The notes: generated from the letters alone by a model not told the origin. A stretch of 64,000 nucleotides of DNA from an uncultured Pelagibacteraceae bacterium (GCA_902567435.1 CACFMU010000002.1:3990-67989); one strand, 5' to 3'. Positions 1-10,486 are shown, counted from the stretch's first letter. A program made the numbers and translations.

Positions 1-354
1 TTTTTCTTGTCCAATTACCAATACTGATTGTCCATTGAATTTTGCAAAACCAGTTAATACTGATTTATCTTCACCGTAATATCTATCTCCAGATAAAGAG
101 ATAAAATCATCAAATAAATTATCTATAAAAAATTTCGATTTAGGCCTATCTTCATGTCTAGCAACCATAGTGGTTTGCCAAGGGTCTAAATTTGAGTAAA
201 TATCCTTTAATTTTTTATCTAATTCAGCTTGCGTATTTGATATTTTTTGAGTGTCGACTTCAGATAAACCCTCTTGATTAAAGGGATCTTTTAGTTTTTC
301 AATTTCACTCTCTAAATTTTTAATATCATTTTCAAAATTAAGATAATTTTTCAT
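1..354 (-). CDS. accA: Acetyl-CoA carboxylase carboxyltransferase alpha subunit (5' part, runs off window)
   Basis: Manual translation MKNYLNFENDIKNLE...LDPWQTTMVARHEDRP...LSGDRYYGED matches the AccA N-terminus. Confidence 0.93.
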   Translation of the reverse strand, partial: MKNYLNFENDIKNLESEIEKLKDPFNQEGLSEVDTQKISNTQAELDKKLKDIYSNLDPWQTTMVARHEDRPKSKFFIDNLFDDFISLSGDRYYGEDKSVLTGFAKFNGQSVLVIGQEK

Positions 355-431
355 AATTAATTTATATCGGACAATTAAAATATAAAAAAGGCAATAAAGT
401 GATGATGAATATCCTTTGTAAATGTTATCAA

Positions 432-460
432 TTGACTTAAATTTTTTTTAAAGATAAAAT
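432..460 (+). promoter_or_regulatory. sigma70-type promoter for riboswitch-glcB
   Basis: TTGACT-17 bp-TAAAAT just upstream of the riboswitch. Confidence 0.7.
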
Positions 461-468
461 TTATATAT

Positions 469-610
469 CGGGAGAGACTGATAAGCTTATTAGCGCCGAA
501 GGAGCAACCACCCCGGAAACTCTCAGGCAAAAGGACCGTTAAACGCATAAAAATCTGGAAAGAGATTAATTTCCGCCGAAGGAGCAAAACTCTCAGGCAA
601 AAATACAGAT
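469..610 (+). ncRNA. Tandem glycine riboswitch (two aptamers)
   Basis: Two copies of GGAGA/GGAAAG...CGCCGAAGGAGCAA...AACTCTCAGGCAAAA, the glycine aptamer core. Confidence 0.95.
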
Positions 611-628
611 GGGGTAAATATTAGTGCT

Positions 629-2791
629 ATGCAAGAAAAATATATAAACATTAACAAATTAAAAGTTTCAGAGAGTTTATCTAGATTTGTGAAAGATGAA
701 CTATTGAAAGACGCAAATATTTCTAGTGATGATTTTTGGCTAGGTTTTAAAAAAACTGTTGAGGAGCTTGAACCAAAAAATAGACAATTAATTAATTTTA
801 GAGAAACTTTACAAAAAAAAATTAATGCATGGCATATTAAAAATAAATCTAATGAATTCAATTTAACTGAATACAAAAAATTTTTAGTTGAGATCGGCTA
901 CTTAAAAGAAGAAGGTCCAGATTTTTCTATAGACACAAAAAATGTAGACGATGAAATCACAAAAATTGCAGGACCACAATTAGTTGTACCAATTATGAAC
1001 TCACGTTATGCATTGAATGCAGCTAATGCGAGATGGATGAGTCTCTATGACAGTTTATATGGGACTGATGTTATAGAACAATCTGAGGATAGTGTTTCTG
1101 AAAGATATGACCCTTTAAGAGGAGAAATGGTTATTAAATATGGTAGAGACTTTTTAAATAAATATTTTCCTTTGAAGGATATGAGCTGGAGTAAAATTAC
1201 TACTGTAGCAGTCAAAGAAGGAAGTTTTAAAGCATTAAAAGGAGTTGAAACATTTGATTTAGTAGATGAAGAAAAATTTATTGGTCATAGAGGTGAAGCA
1301 GATAACCCATCGGCAATTATCTTGAAAAATAATAACTTACATATAGAAATTTTAAGAGATCGAAGAGCTTTTAGTGCGCAACAAGATTATGCGGGTATTA
1401 GTGATATAATATTAGAGTCTGCTATATCCACAATATGTGACAACGAAGACAGCGTTGCGGCAGTGGATGCTGCAGATAAAGTTATTTGCTACAGGAACTG
1501 GTTGGGTTTAATGAAAGGTACTCTAAAAACTCAATTTGAAAAAGGTGGTAAACTACTTGAAAGAAAATTAAATCCAAACAGAAGTTACATATCAAAAGAC
1601 GGTAAAGGGCTTAAACTTCATGGAAGAAGTCTCTTGTTGATAAGAAATGTTGGACATTTAATGACAAACCCATCAATAATTCTCAGTAATGGAAATGAAG
1701 TCCCTGAAGGTATCATGGATGCATTTATAACTGTTGCTGCTGCTCTTCATGATCTTAAAAATAAAAATAATTCTAGAACTGGATCCATCTATATAGTTAA
1801 ACCAAAAATGCATGGACCAGAGGAAACTGCATTTACTGATTTAATTTTTTCTAAAGTTGAGGAAGTTCTAGGATTAGAGAAATACACTTGTAAAATTGGA
1901 ATTATGGATGAAGAAAGAAGAACTTCATCTAATCTAAAAGAATGCATAAGAACACTCAAAAATAGAGTATTTTTTATCAATACAGGTTTTTTAGATCGAA
2001 CTGGAGATGAAATGCACACTTCGATGGAAGCAGGACCGATGATTAAAAAAGGAGAAATGAAATCTTCTAAATGGATCTTGGCATACGAAAATAATAACGT
2101 TGATGTTGGTTTGAAATGTGGACTTTCAGGTAAAGCCCAAATTGGTAAAGGAATGTGGGCGATGCCTGATAAAATGAAAGATATGATGGAGCAAAAAACA
2201 GGTCACTTAAAAGCAGGCGCAAATTGCGCTTGGGTTCCATCTCCTACTGCAGCAGCCTTACATGCGTTACACTATCATGAAATAGATATTTTTGATCAAC
2301 AAAAAAACATAATTAAAAGAGAAAAAGCAAAACTTGATGACCTTTTAACAATTCCAGTTGCAAATAGACCTAACTGGTCGATTGAAGAAATTAATAGTGA
2401 AATTTCTAACTCAGCACAAACATTGTTAGGTTATGTGGTAAGATGGATAGATCAAGGTGTAGGTTGTTCAAAAGTTCCAGATATAAATAATATTGGGCTA
2501 ATGGAAGATAGAGCAACTTTAAGAATATCTTCACAGCATATTGCTAACTGGATACATCATGGAATTACTACTAAATTACAAGTTATAGGAATAATGAAAG
2601 AGATGGCTAAAATTGTTGATGATCAAAATAAAAGTGATGATAAATATGTCAAAATGAGTGATGACTTTGACAGGTCATTAGCTTTTAAAACCGCATGTGA
2701 TTTAGTTTTCAGTGGTAAAGAGCAGCCCTCAGGATATACAGAACCTTTACTACATTTAAATAGACTTAAAAAAAAAATTAATCAGAACTAG
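629..2791 (+). CDS. glcB: Malate synthase G
   Basis: 720 aa; AGPQLVVP, NAANARW, YIVKPKMHGPEE, FINTGFLDRTGDE, LMEDRATLRISSQH. Confidence 0.97.
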   Translation: MQEKYININKLKVSESLSRFVKDELLKDANISSDDFWLGFKKTVEELEPKNRQLINFRETLQKKINAWHIKNKSNEFNLTEYKKFLVEIGYLKEEGPDFSIDTKNVDDEITKIAGPQLVVPIMNSRYALNAANARWMSLYDSLYGTDVIEQSEDSVSERYDPLRGEMVIKYGRDFLNKYFPLKDMSWSKITTVAVKEGSFKALKGVETFDLVDEEKFIGHRGEADNPSAIILKNNNLHIEILRDRRAFSAQQDYAGISDIILESAISTICDNEDSVAAVDAADKVICYRNWLGLMKGTLKTQFEKGGKLLERKLNPNRSYISKDGKGLKLHGRSLLLIRNVGHLMTNPSIILSNGNEVPEGIMDAFITVAAALHDLKNKNNSRTGSIYIVKPKMHGPEETAFTDLIFSKVEEVLGLEKYTCKIGIMDEERRTSSNLKECIRTLKNRVFFINTGFLDRTGDEMHTSMEAGPMIKKGEMKSSKWILAYENNNVDVGLKCGLSGKAQIGKGMWAMPDKMKDMMEQKTGHLKAGANCAWVPSPTAAALHALHYHEIDIFDQQKNIIKREKAKLDDLLTIPVANRPNWSIEEINSEISNSAQTLLGYVVRWIDQGVGCSKVPDINNIGLMEDRATLRISSQHIANWIHHGITTKLQVIGIMKEMAKIVDDQNKSDDKYVKMSDDFDRSLAFKTACDLVFSGKEQPSGYTEPLLHLNRLKKKINQN

Positions 2792-3389
2792 AATTTAAAT
2801 CAGCTCTATTTTTAAAAGCAGAAAATAAAGTTCCATCATCTAAATTTTCAATTTCACCTCCAACTGGTAGTCCTTGAGCTAATTTGGTAACTTTAGCATC
2901 AGTATTTTTTAAACTATCTTGAATATAGTAAGCAGTAGTTTGTCCTTCAACTGTTGCACTAGTTGCAAGTATTACTTCCTCTATACTTTCTTTATTAACT
3001 CTTTCTACTAATGAGTTGATTAAAAGATCTTCTTTTCTTTGTCCTACAGACGAAATAGTTCCACCCAAAATATGAAAATATCCTTGAAAAATATTTGAAT
3101 TTTCAATTGACCATTGGTCTGCAATATCTTCTACGACACAAATTTTATTATATTTTTCTTTGGAATTTTCACAATTAATACATCCACTTAAATTTGATTT
3201 TAATGATCCACAAAAATTACATCTTGTTACATTTTTATAAACTTGATCCAACGTGCTTGCCAGTGGTTTGACCAACTCATCTCTATTGTTAATCAATTTT
3301 AATACAATTCTTTTTGCTGATTTGGGGCCTAAACCAGGAAGCTTTGAAATTAACTTTATTAATTCCTCAATCTCATTAATATTTTGCAT
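2778..3389 (-). CDS. recR: Recombination mediator RecR
   Basis: LPGLGPKSA HhH, C4 zinc finger, EVILAT/EGQTTAYY Toprim. Confidence 0.96.
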   Translation of the reverse strand: MQNINEIEELIKLISKLPGLGPKSAKRIVLKLINNRDELVKPLASTLDQVYKNVTRCNFCGSLKSNLSGCINCENSKEKYNKICVVEDIADQWSIENSNIFQGYFHILGGTISSVGQRKEDLLINSLVERVNKESIEEVILATSATVEGQTTAYYIQDSLKNTDAKVTKLAQGLPVGGEIENLDDGTLFSAFKNRADLNSSSD

Positions 3390-3392
3390 TAA

Positions 3393-3710
3393 CTATAATG
3401 GCCATTTAAAACCAGGAATTCCGAAACCTCCCGTAGCTTTTGAAATCTCTTCTGTGGTTTTTGTTTTCAATTGTGATTTTGCGCTATTATGAGCAGCAAC
3501 AATTAAATCCTCAATTATTGTCTTGTCTTCTTTAATAATTTCATCAGATAATTCAATTTTTTGCATCTCTCCTTCACCATCGAGAGTTATTTTAACTGAA
3601 TTAGACCCTGAAACTCCCTCAGCTTTAATCTCCTTAATTTTTTCTTGGCTTTCTTTCATTTTCGCCTCTAATTCCTTCGCTTTATCCAAAATCTTTGTAA
3701 AATCAGTCAT
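3393..3710 (-). CDS. ybaB: YbaB/EbfC nucleoid-associated protein
   Basis: EDLIVAAHN motif; between dnaX and recR; start at ATG 3710 overlapping the dnaX end. Confidence 0.92.
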   Translation of the reverse strand: MTDFTKILDKAKELEAKMKESQEKIKEIKAEGVSGSNSVKITLDGEGEMQKIELSDEIIKEDKTIIEDLIVAAHNSAKSQLKTKTTEEISKATGGFGIPGFKWPL

Positions 3711-5370
3711 TTTTATCCTCTTCTTTTTCATTTAACTTTACGTCTACAAGTTCTGCATCAGGAAATTTTTCCATCACCATCCTATAGATCTCTGAACTTT
3801 TAGCCTCATTAATCAGTTCATCTTTTTTATTCCTTTGTTTCTCTTTAACTGACATATCTCCTTTGGATTTACTAAAGGTAATAATCCATCTTTCAGAAGT
3901 CCATTCAAAAAGTTTTGAGGAAAGATCTTTCACAAAGTCTTTATCTAAGTTATCGTTAAAAGAAATTTCAATTCTATTTCTCTCAAATTTTACAAGATTT
4001 ACATTTTTTTCTAATTCATATTTTAGTTTAATTTCTTTTTTTCGAGTACAGATATCAAGAAGGTCTTCAAATGAATTTATTAAATTTTTATCTATCGCTT
4101 CAACTTCTTGTTTAAGATCGGGTTTATGTTTTTCTTCTTGAGCTACATTTTTTATTTGATTTATAGCTCTTGAATTGTCCTCAAATCCATCATCTTTTTC
4201 TTTTTTGTGAATTTGATCATCTACATTGTAGCTTATTTGCTCTTTTTGAGTATCTTGCTTTAACTTAATTGAACTTAAATGCATCAATCTTATCAAAAAC
4301 ATTTCTATAGACAGATGCTGGTTAGAGACAATGTCTAATTCTTCAAGTGAAGATACAGCAAACTGCCAAAATAAAATTAAAACTTCTGAGTTTACTTGAT
4401 TAGAAATTTCTTTAATTTTTGAAAACTCTTCATCATTAAGTGAAAAATTTGTACTTTCTAGAGATAATGAATTTATATTTTTGAAATAATAAAGTATTTC
4501 TAAAAAATCATTAATAAATACTTTTGGCTCAACCCCCTGATCATAAATTTTTCTGTAAATATTAATAACTTTTTTCTCTTCTCCTTTAAGTATTAATTCA
4601 AATAAATTTATTAATTGAGATTTATCAAAATATCCAAAAATTTTTTGTGCAGCATTTAAATCTAATTCAGTATTTTGCTCTAAACTTAGTAGGCCTCTAT
4701 CCAATAAAGATAGTGCATCTCTTACAGATCCTTCAGATATTTTAACAATTAACTTCAAAGCTTCATCTGATACTTTGCCATTTTCTTTGTCTTTAATTTT
4801 TTTAATAAATTCAAATAACTCTGTTGATTTAATTCTAGATAAATCAAATCTTTGACATCTTGACACTACTGTAATTGGTATTTTTTTAATTTCTGTAGTT
4901 GCAAAAATAAATTTAAGATATTCTGGTGGCTCTTCTAATGTTTTTAACAAAGCATTAAATGCTTGTTTACTTAACATATGAACTTCATCAATTATAAAAA
5001 TTTTATATTTTGCTGAAGTTGGGCCATATCTTGAAAATTCAATTAAATCTCTAACATCATCAACTCCAGTTTTACTAGCCGCATCCATTTCTAGTATATC
5101 AATATGACTCGAATTAGTTATTGCCTCACAATTTTCACACTTAATTTTACATTTATTTTCAATTCCATTTAAACAATTAAGTGACTTAGCTACAATTCTA
5201 GCAATTGTTGTTTTACCTATTCCTCTTATTCCTGTGAATAGATAAGCATTCGGAATTTTATCTGCTTTAATAGAATTTGTTATAGTTTCAGCCACTACTT
5301 CTTGGCCAATAAGATCATCAAAAACTTGTGGTCTATATTTTAATGCTAATACTTTTGAGTTATTGTTCAT
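3703..5370 (-). CDS. dnaX: DNA polymerase III subunit gamma/tau
   Basis: LALKYRPQ, GIRGIGKTT, IIDEVHMLS, SRCQRF. Confidence 0.97.
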   Translation of the reverse strand: MNNNSKVLALKYRPQVFDDLIGQEVVAETITNSIKADKIPNAYLFTGIRGIGKTTIARIVAKSLNCLNGIENKCKIKCENCEAITNSSHIDILEMDAASKTGVDDVRDLIEFSRYGPTSAKYKIFIIDEVHMLSKQAFNALLKTLEEPPEYLKFIFATTEIKKIPITVVSRCQRFDLSRIKSTELFEFIKKIKDKENGKVSDEALKLIVKISEGSVRDALSLLDRGLLSLEQNTELDLNAAQKIFGYFDKSQLINLFELILKGEEKKVINIYRKIYDQGVEPKVFINDFLEILYYFKNINSLSLESTNFSLNDEEFSKIKEISNQVNSEVLILFWQFAVSSLEELDIVSNQHLSIEMFLIRLMHLSSIKLKQDTQKEQISYNVDDQIHKKEKDDGFEDNSRAINQIKNVAQEEKHKPDLKQEVEAIDKNLINSFEDLLDICTRKKEIKLKYELEKNVNLVKFERNRIEISFNDNLDKDFVKDLSSKLFEWTSERWIITFSKSKGDMSVKEKQRNKKDELINEAKSSEIYRMVMEKFPDAELVDVKLNEKEEDKND

Positions 5371-5384
5371 TTTGTTTATTTTAA

Positions 5385-5468
5385 GGAGACTAGAACCTGA
5401 ATAACTGTCTCTACGACTGCTTCCGTTAAGATCTGGTCGGGTTCAAGCAGCATCCACCTCTAGCCTCC
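5385..5468 (-). ncRNA. ffs: Signal recognition particle 4.5S RNA
   Basis: Long hairpin GGAGGCTAGA...TCTAGTCTCC with CAGATCT-TAAC-GGAAGCAG helix 8; upstream of dnaX; TATAAT at 5480-5475. Confidence 0.9.
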
Positions 5469-5511
5469 AAAACTATTATAGCAGTTATAATTTCTATTCC
5501 ACAAGAAAAGA

Positions 5512-6348
5512 TTAATTATTTTTTTCTCTTAACTTATCTGCTTCAAAAACACCTAGAACGTGAAAATCTTCGCAATGAAGCCCAAGCTCTTCTAAGGATT
5601 TTTGAACTTTTGGATCTTCGATATGACCATCTAATTCACATAAGAAAAAGAATGAGTCAAAAGTATTCTTTTCTGGATAGCTCTGTAATTTTGTTAAATT
5701 AACTCCATTAATTGCGAAGCCTCCTAGTGATTGATAAAGTGCAGCTGGTTTACTTTTTAATTTAAATAAAAAAGAAGTGATGTATTTTTTATCTCCAAAT
5801 TCTGGTTGTGAAATATTTTTACCCATAATTAAAAATCTTGTTAAGTTGCCATTTTCATTTTCAATATTTTTTTTTATTACGCTTAAACCATAAATTTCAG
5901 CACTTAAAGAAGAGGCTATTGCTGCTTGCTTAATATCTTTAGTTTTAGAAATCATTTCTGCAGAGCCTGCGGTATCAGCTCTGATATGCTCTGTTATATT
6001 ATTATCTTTTATAAATTTTGAGCATTGAGATAATCCTTGAGCATGAGAATATACTTCTTTTATATCGCTTAGCTTTGCACCAGGTTGTCCTAATAAATTA
6101 TGTTCAATTTTTTGAAAATACTCTTCGTAAATATTTAGTCTATGTTTAAAGATTAAATATTCTATGCCAATATTACCTGTAATTCTATTAGACTCTGGGA
6201 TGATTATTTTACACTCAGCTTCTGAACTTGCTTTATTAAAACAATCATCAAAAGTTTTACATGGTAATATTTCTGCATCAGGATCAACTGATAAAGCAGC
6301 TAAATGAGAATATGCTCCAAAAGTACCCTGAAAATATATTTTTGACAT
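5512..6348 (-). CDS. pheA: Prephenate dehydratase
   Basis: FQGTFGAYSH, SHAQGLSQC, TRF, NLTKLQS ACT domain. Confidence 0.93.
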   Translation of the reverse strand: MSKIYFQGTFGAYSHLAALSVDPDAEILPCKTFDDCFNKASSEAECKIIIPESNRITGNIGIEYLIFKHRLNIYEEYFQKIEHNLLGQPGAKLSDIKEVYSHAQGLSQCSKFIKDNNITEHIRADTAGSAEMISKTKDIKQAAIASSLSAEIYGLSVIKKNIENENGNLTRFLIMGKNISQPEFGDKKYITSFLFKLKSKPAALYQSLGGFAINGVNLTKLQSYPEKNTFDSFFFLCELDGHIEDPKVQKSLEELGLHCEDFHVLGVFEADKLREKNN

Positions 6349-7079
6349 TAGGCTTTATATTCCATAATTTTTTTTAAGGCTAGATAATCTTCTTCAGTAT
6401 CAACTCCTATCGGTGATGATTTAGCTAGAGAAACATTTATTTGGATATTATTATCTAATGCTCTTAATTGTTCTAATCTATTTTTAATTTCATTTTGAGA
6501 TTGTTCTAGTTTTACAAATCTTTCTAATGTTTCGGCTGAATAACAGTAAACTCCTATATGATGATAAATATTATTCTTTTTTGAGGAGTTTCTTAAAAAA
6601 TTCTCAGCACTAGAAAAATCTTCATCTTTCAGATTTTTTTTAGTAATAACCTTTACTATATTTTCATTTTCTAAATCTTTGTCATTTTTTATATTAGCAG
6701 CAAGAGTTCCCATTTGACTTGGATAAACAGTCATTTTCTTATTTAAGCTGATAATATCATCAATGTTAATTGCTGGTTCGTCACCCTGTAAATTCATTAT
6801 TAAATCTACATCTTTGATATCTAATTTCTTAAATGCTTCATATATTCTGTCAGTACCAGTTTTATGATTATTGCTTGTAATTATAGCTTTACCCCCATTT
6901 TTAATAACATCATCTACTATTTCCTGGTCTTCAGTAGCAACAACAACCTCTCCAATATTTGCCTCTTTGGCTTTTCTAAATACATGCGAGATGATGGATA
7001 AGCCATTAATTTTAAGCAAAGGTTTACCTGGTAGTCTAGTGGCTGATAATCTTGATGGAATAATTGTCAATGTTTTCAT
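6348..7079 (-). CDS. kdsB: 3-deoxy-manno-octulosonate cytidylyltransferase
   Basis: IPSRLSATRLPGKPL, TGTDR, NLQGDEP, LEQLRAL. Confidence 0.95.
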   Translation of the reverse strand: MKTLTIIPSRLSATRLPGKPLLKINGLSIISHVFRKAKEANIGEVVVATEDQEIVDDVIKNGGKAIITSNNHKTGTDRIYEAFKKLDIKDVDLIMNLQGDEPAINIDDIISLNKKMTVYPSQMGTLAANIKNDKDLENENIVKVITKKNLKDEDFSSAENFLRNSSKKNNIYHHIGVYCYSAETLERFVKLEQSQNEIKNRLEQLRALDNNIQINVSLAKSSPIGVDTEEDYLALKKIMEYKA

Positions 7080-7191
7080 TATATTTACAATTTATTATAC
7101 ATTTTAAATAGTAATAGAGGCAAATTTATACATTAAAATTTAGTAATTTTTTAATTTATCGTGATATACGTTCAAAAATAAAAGTACAAAA

Positions 7192-7731
7192 ATGGATTCA
7201 TTTGAAATTAATAAAATAGTAGCAGCAGTTCTAATGGTTGCTCTTTTGGTGATTGGTATTGGAAAACTATCTAACGTAATATTTCATGTGGAAAAACCTA
7301 AAACTCCAGGTTACACAGTTGAAGTAGAACAAGCAACGACTGTATCATCATCTGCTAAAACAGCTGTTGAAGAAAAAATTGATATTGCTGCATTAATGGC
7401 AATGGGTGATGTCGCATCAGGTGAAAAAATTTTTAAAAAATGTGCTGCATGTCACTCAATAGTTAAGGGAGGAAAAAATAATATTGGTCCCGCTTTATAT
7501 AATGTAGTTGGAAGAAAAACTGGCGCTGTTACAGATTATAAATATTCTAAAGCTTTAGCATCGTATGAAAAAGAATGGACTTTTGAAGAGTTAAACGGAT
7601 ATTTAATTAAGCCTGCCAAATGGATTAAGGGAACAAAAATGGCATTTGCTGGATTAAGAAAAGAAAAAGATAGAGCCTCAGTTATTAAATACTTAAATCA
7701 AAATTCTGATAGTCCAGTATCACTACCTTAA
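7192..7731 (+). CDS. cycM: Membrane-anchored cytochrome c (CycM/c552 type)
   Basis: N-terminal TM helix, CAACH heme motif, GTKMAFAG. Confidence 0.9.
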   Translation: MDSFEINKIVAAVLMVALLVIGIGKLSNVIFHVEKPKTPGYTVEVEQATTVSSSAKTAVEEKIDIAALMAMGDVASGEKIFKKCAACHSIVKGGKNNIGPALYNVVGRKTGAVTDYKYSKALASYEKEWTFEELNGYLIKPAKWIKGTKMAFAGLRKEKDRASVIKYLNQNSDSPVSLP

Positions 7732-8652
7732 TTTCCCAAAACAATATAATAAGATACTCTTTTGAACGTGAACTCTATTAAGAGCTTGTTGCCAAACATG
7801 TGATTTATTTCCTAAAAAAATTTCATCACTCACTTCAGATCCACGAGGTAAACAGTGCAAAAAAATACAATCTCTTTTCGCAAAACTCATCAATTTTTTA
7901 TCTATTCTAAATTTTTTAAATTGTTGAATTTTTTTCTTTTTATTAACTTTATCATTCAAAGATATAACTTTATCCGAAAATATAACATCAGCACCTTTAA
8001 CTGCTTTTTTAGGATCATTGTAAATAAATATTTTTTTATTATTTTTTTTAACCCAGGTCTTAACTTCTTTACCTGGTTCAAATTTTTTAGGACATCCTAT
8101 GCTGAGTTTAAATGAAAATTTAACTGAAGCTGCTAACAAGCTATCTAGAACATTATTGGAGTCTCCAATCCAACAAATATTTAATTTTGAGATAGGTTTT
8201 TTTTTTATTTCTTCAACAGTAAATACATCAGATAAAACTTGGGTTGGATGTGAAGAAGGACTTAAACCATTAATTACTGGTATTGTTAAATGATTTTTGA
8301 AACTCTCAACTTTTTCATCACTATCAGTTCTCAACATGAAACCATCACCATAAGTTGAAAGTATTTTTGCAGTATCTGCTATGCTTTCTCCACCTTGTCC
8401 AAGATGAAGTTCATTTGATCTAAGTGTTAATGTTCCACCACCAAGCTGCTTAATAGCCAAATAAAAGCTAATTCTTGTTCTCGAGCTCGCCTTTTCAAAC
8501 ATTTGGATAAGCATTTTACCCTTTAATGGAGCTCCTTTATCTACCTCCAATGTGCTTAGTTTTTTTCTTAAATTTTTCCTTTTTTTTGCGTCAGTTAAAA
8601 TTTTTTTAAGATCTTTAGCTGGAATATCTTTTAAATTTATAAAATGTTTCAT
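7723..8652 (-). CDS. argF: Ornithine carbamoyltransferase
   Basis: SSRTR, HPTQ, HCLP. Confidence 0.93.
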   Translation of the reverse strand: MKHFINLKDIPAKDLKKILTDAKKRKNLRKKLSTLEVDKGAPLKGKMLIQMFEKASSRTRISFYLAIKQLGGGTLTLRSNELHLGQGGESIADTAKILSTYGDGFMLRTDSDEKVESFKNHLTIPVINGLSPSSHPTQVLSDVFTVEEIKKKPISKLNICWIGDSNNVLDSLLAASVKFSFKLSIGCPKKFEPGKEVKTWVKKNNKKIFIYNDPKKAVKGADVIFSDKVISLNDKVNKKKKIQQFKKFRIDKKLMSFAKRDCIFLHCLPRGSEVSDEIFLGNKSHVWQQALNRVHVQKSILLYCFGKLR

Positions 8653-8653
8653 T

Positions 8654-9820
8654 TTAATTCATTTCCCAACAAACTTTATTGATTATCTTTAAAGCTTGAT
8701 CTATTTCGCTTTTTTTTACATTTAATGGCGGCAAAACTCTAACTACATTTTCAGTAGCTCTAATAGTCAACAATCTATTGTCCATTAGTTTTTTTATAAA
8801 TTTTGTTTGATCTGCCTTAAGTTGTATTCCAATTAATAAACCTTTACCTCTGATCTCATTTATAACGTTAGGATACTTTTTCTTGATAAGATTGAGATTA
8901 AGTAAAAAATATTTTGAAATTCTTTTTACATTGTCTAAAAACTTTTTATTATGAATGATATCCAATACTGTATTACCAACAGACATAGCAAGTGGGTTTC
9001 CTCCAAAAGTAGAACCATGAGTTCCTGCTATCATTCCTGAAGCAACTTTTTTATTCATTAAAACTGCACCTATTGGAAATCCACCTCCAATTCCTTTTGC
9101 AATTGGGACTATATCTGGTTTTACTTTTGATTTTTCAAAAGCAAAAAAATCACCCGATCTTCCTATTCCACACTGAACTTCATCTAAAATTAACAATATA
9201 TTTTTTTTGTCACAAATTTTTCTTAGCTCTTTTAAACACCAATCAGGCACTACTTTTATGCCACCCTCTCCCATTATTGTCTCTATCATTATGGCTGCTG
9301 TATTTTTTGAAATCTTTTTTTTTAGAGAGCTATGATTACCAAATTCAAAATGATCAAAGCCATTTACCTTTGGCCCAAAACCTTCAGTCATTTTTTTTGA
9401 ACCACTTGCATAAATTGCAGCTATAGTTCTTCCATGAAAACTATTTTTAACACATAAAATTCTATTTTTTTTTGGCTTACCTATTGAATAAAAATATCTT
9501 CTAGCAACTTTAATTGCCGCCTCTGTTGCTTCTGCACCACTGTTTTGAAACATAACATAATCAGCGAAAGTCTTTTTGGCTAATTTTTTTGCTAATAATT
9601 CCCCTTCTGGGATTTGAAACGCATTTGAAACATGCCAAAGTTTTTTTGATTGCTTGTTAACAGTATTTATTAGCTTTGGGTGTGCATGACCTAAAGAATT
9701 TACAGCTATGCCTTGAACAAAATCTAAATATTTATTTCCATTGGATGAATACAGAAAGCTTCCCTTCCCATATTTAAAAGAAATTTTTTTTCTATTATAA
9801 TTTTTTGCTAGATAGCTCAT
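8654..9820 (-). CDS. argD: Acetylornithine aminotransferase
   Basis: NSGAEA, FHGRT, DEVQCG, AKGIGGG; next to argF. Confidence 0.93.
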   Translation of the reverse strand: MSYLAKNYNRKKISFKYGKGSFLYSSNGNKYLDFVQGIAVNSLGHAHPKLINTVNKQSKKLWHVSNAFQIPEGELLAKKLAKKTFADYVMFQNSGAEATEAAIKVARRYFYSIGKPKKNRILCVKNSFHGRTIAAIYASGSKKMTEGFGPKVNGFDHFEFGNHSSLKKKISKNTAAIMIETIMGEGGIKVVPDWCLKELRKICDKKNILLILDEVQCGIGRSGDFFAFEKSKVKPDIVPIAKGIGGGFPIGAVLMNKKVASGMIAGTHGSTFGGNPLAMSVGNTVLDIIHNKKFLDNVKRISKYFLLNLNLIKKKYPNVINEIRGKGLLIGIQLKADQTKFIKKLMDNRLLTIRATENVVRVLPPLNVKKSEIDQALKIINKVCWEMN

Positions 9821-9991
9821 AATTTTACTAAGTATTTATAAATTTTATTTATTAGATACAAGTTATGATTGAAAATACATATTATCCAATTTTAACTCAT
9901 TTTTGTTGATAACTATGAGATTTTGCTTGTTTAATTTTTCATTGTATCAGTATATTGTATTCTTTATAAACATTAATACTACATATAGATA

Positions 9992-10486
9992 ATGAGCTGG
10001 AACGAAGAAAAAGTTAATAAATTAAAAGAGCTTTGGGGCAAAGGAAATACTGCTAGTCAAATTGCAGAAATTATTGGTGGTATTAGTAGAAATGCAGTTA
10101 TTGGGAAAGCTCATAGATTAAATTTGTCTGCTAAAATAAAGACAAGAGCAGCTACATCTAATCAAAATTTCGAAAATTCACAAGAGCAGAAAGATATCAA
10201 ATCTAGAAGAGGAAGAAAAAGCAAATTTAAATCTTTGATTATTGAAAAAGATTTTGAACCTGAAAATCCAAAGCAATTAGAGGAACTTGATGAAAGCTCA
10301 TGCAAATGGCCGATAGGTCATCCAGATGAGAAGGATTTTTATTTTTGTGGTAGATCATCTTTAAAAGATTTCTCTTATTGTAAGCTTCATCTTTTGTATG
10401 CTTATCAGCCTAAAGGTAAAAAAGAAGAAGTTACCAATAAAGAAGATGTTCCTGACTTTATTGAGAAAAAAATCCAGTCAGCTTAA
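9992..10486 (+). CDS. gcrA: GcrA cell-cycle regulator
   Basis: MSWNEE..LKELW..G.TASQIA..SRNAVIGKAHRL; CKWPIG..FCG..YC..H. Confidence 0.93.
   Translation: MSWNEEKVNKLKELWGKGNTASQIAEIIGGISRNAVIGKAHRLNLSAKIKTRAATSNQNFENSQEQKDIKSRRGRKSKFKSLIIEKDFEPENPKQLEELDESSCKWPIGHPDEKDFYFCGRSSLKDFSYCKLHLLYAYQPKGKKEEVTNKEDVPDFIEKKIQSA

Noticed and set aside
375-876. Minus-strand ORFs 375-587 and 523-876
   Set aside because: Antisense shadows of the riboswitch and glcB; no protein motifs
4190-4212. A-rich run in the dnaX linker as a programmed -1 frameshift site
   Set aside because: Codons are CAC AAA AAA GAA, not A AAA AAG in frame, and A-runs are ubiquitous here
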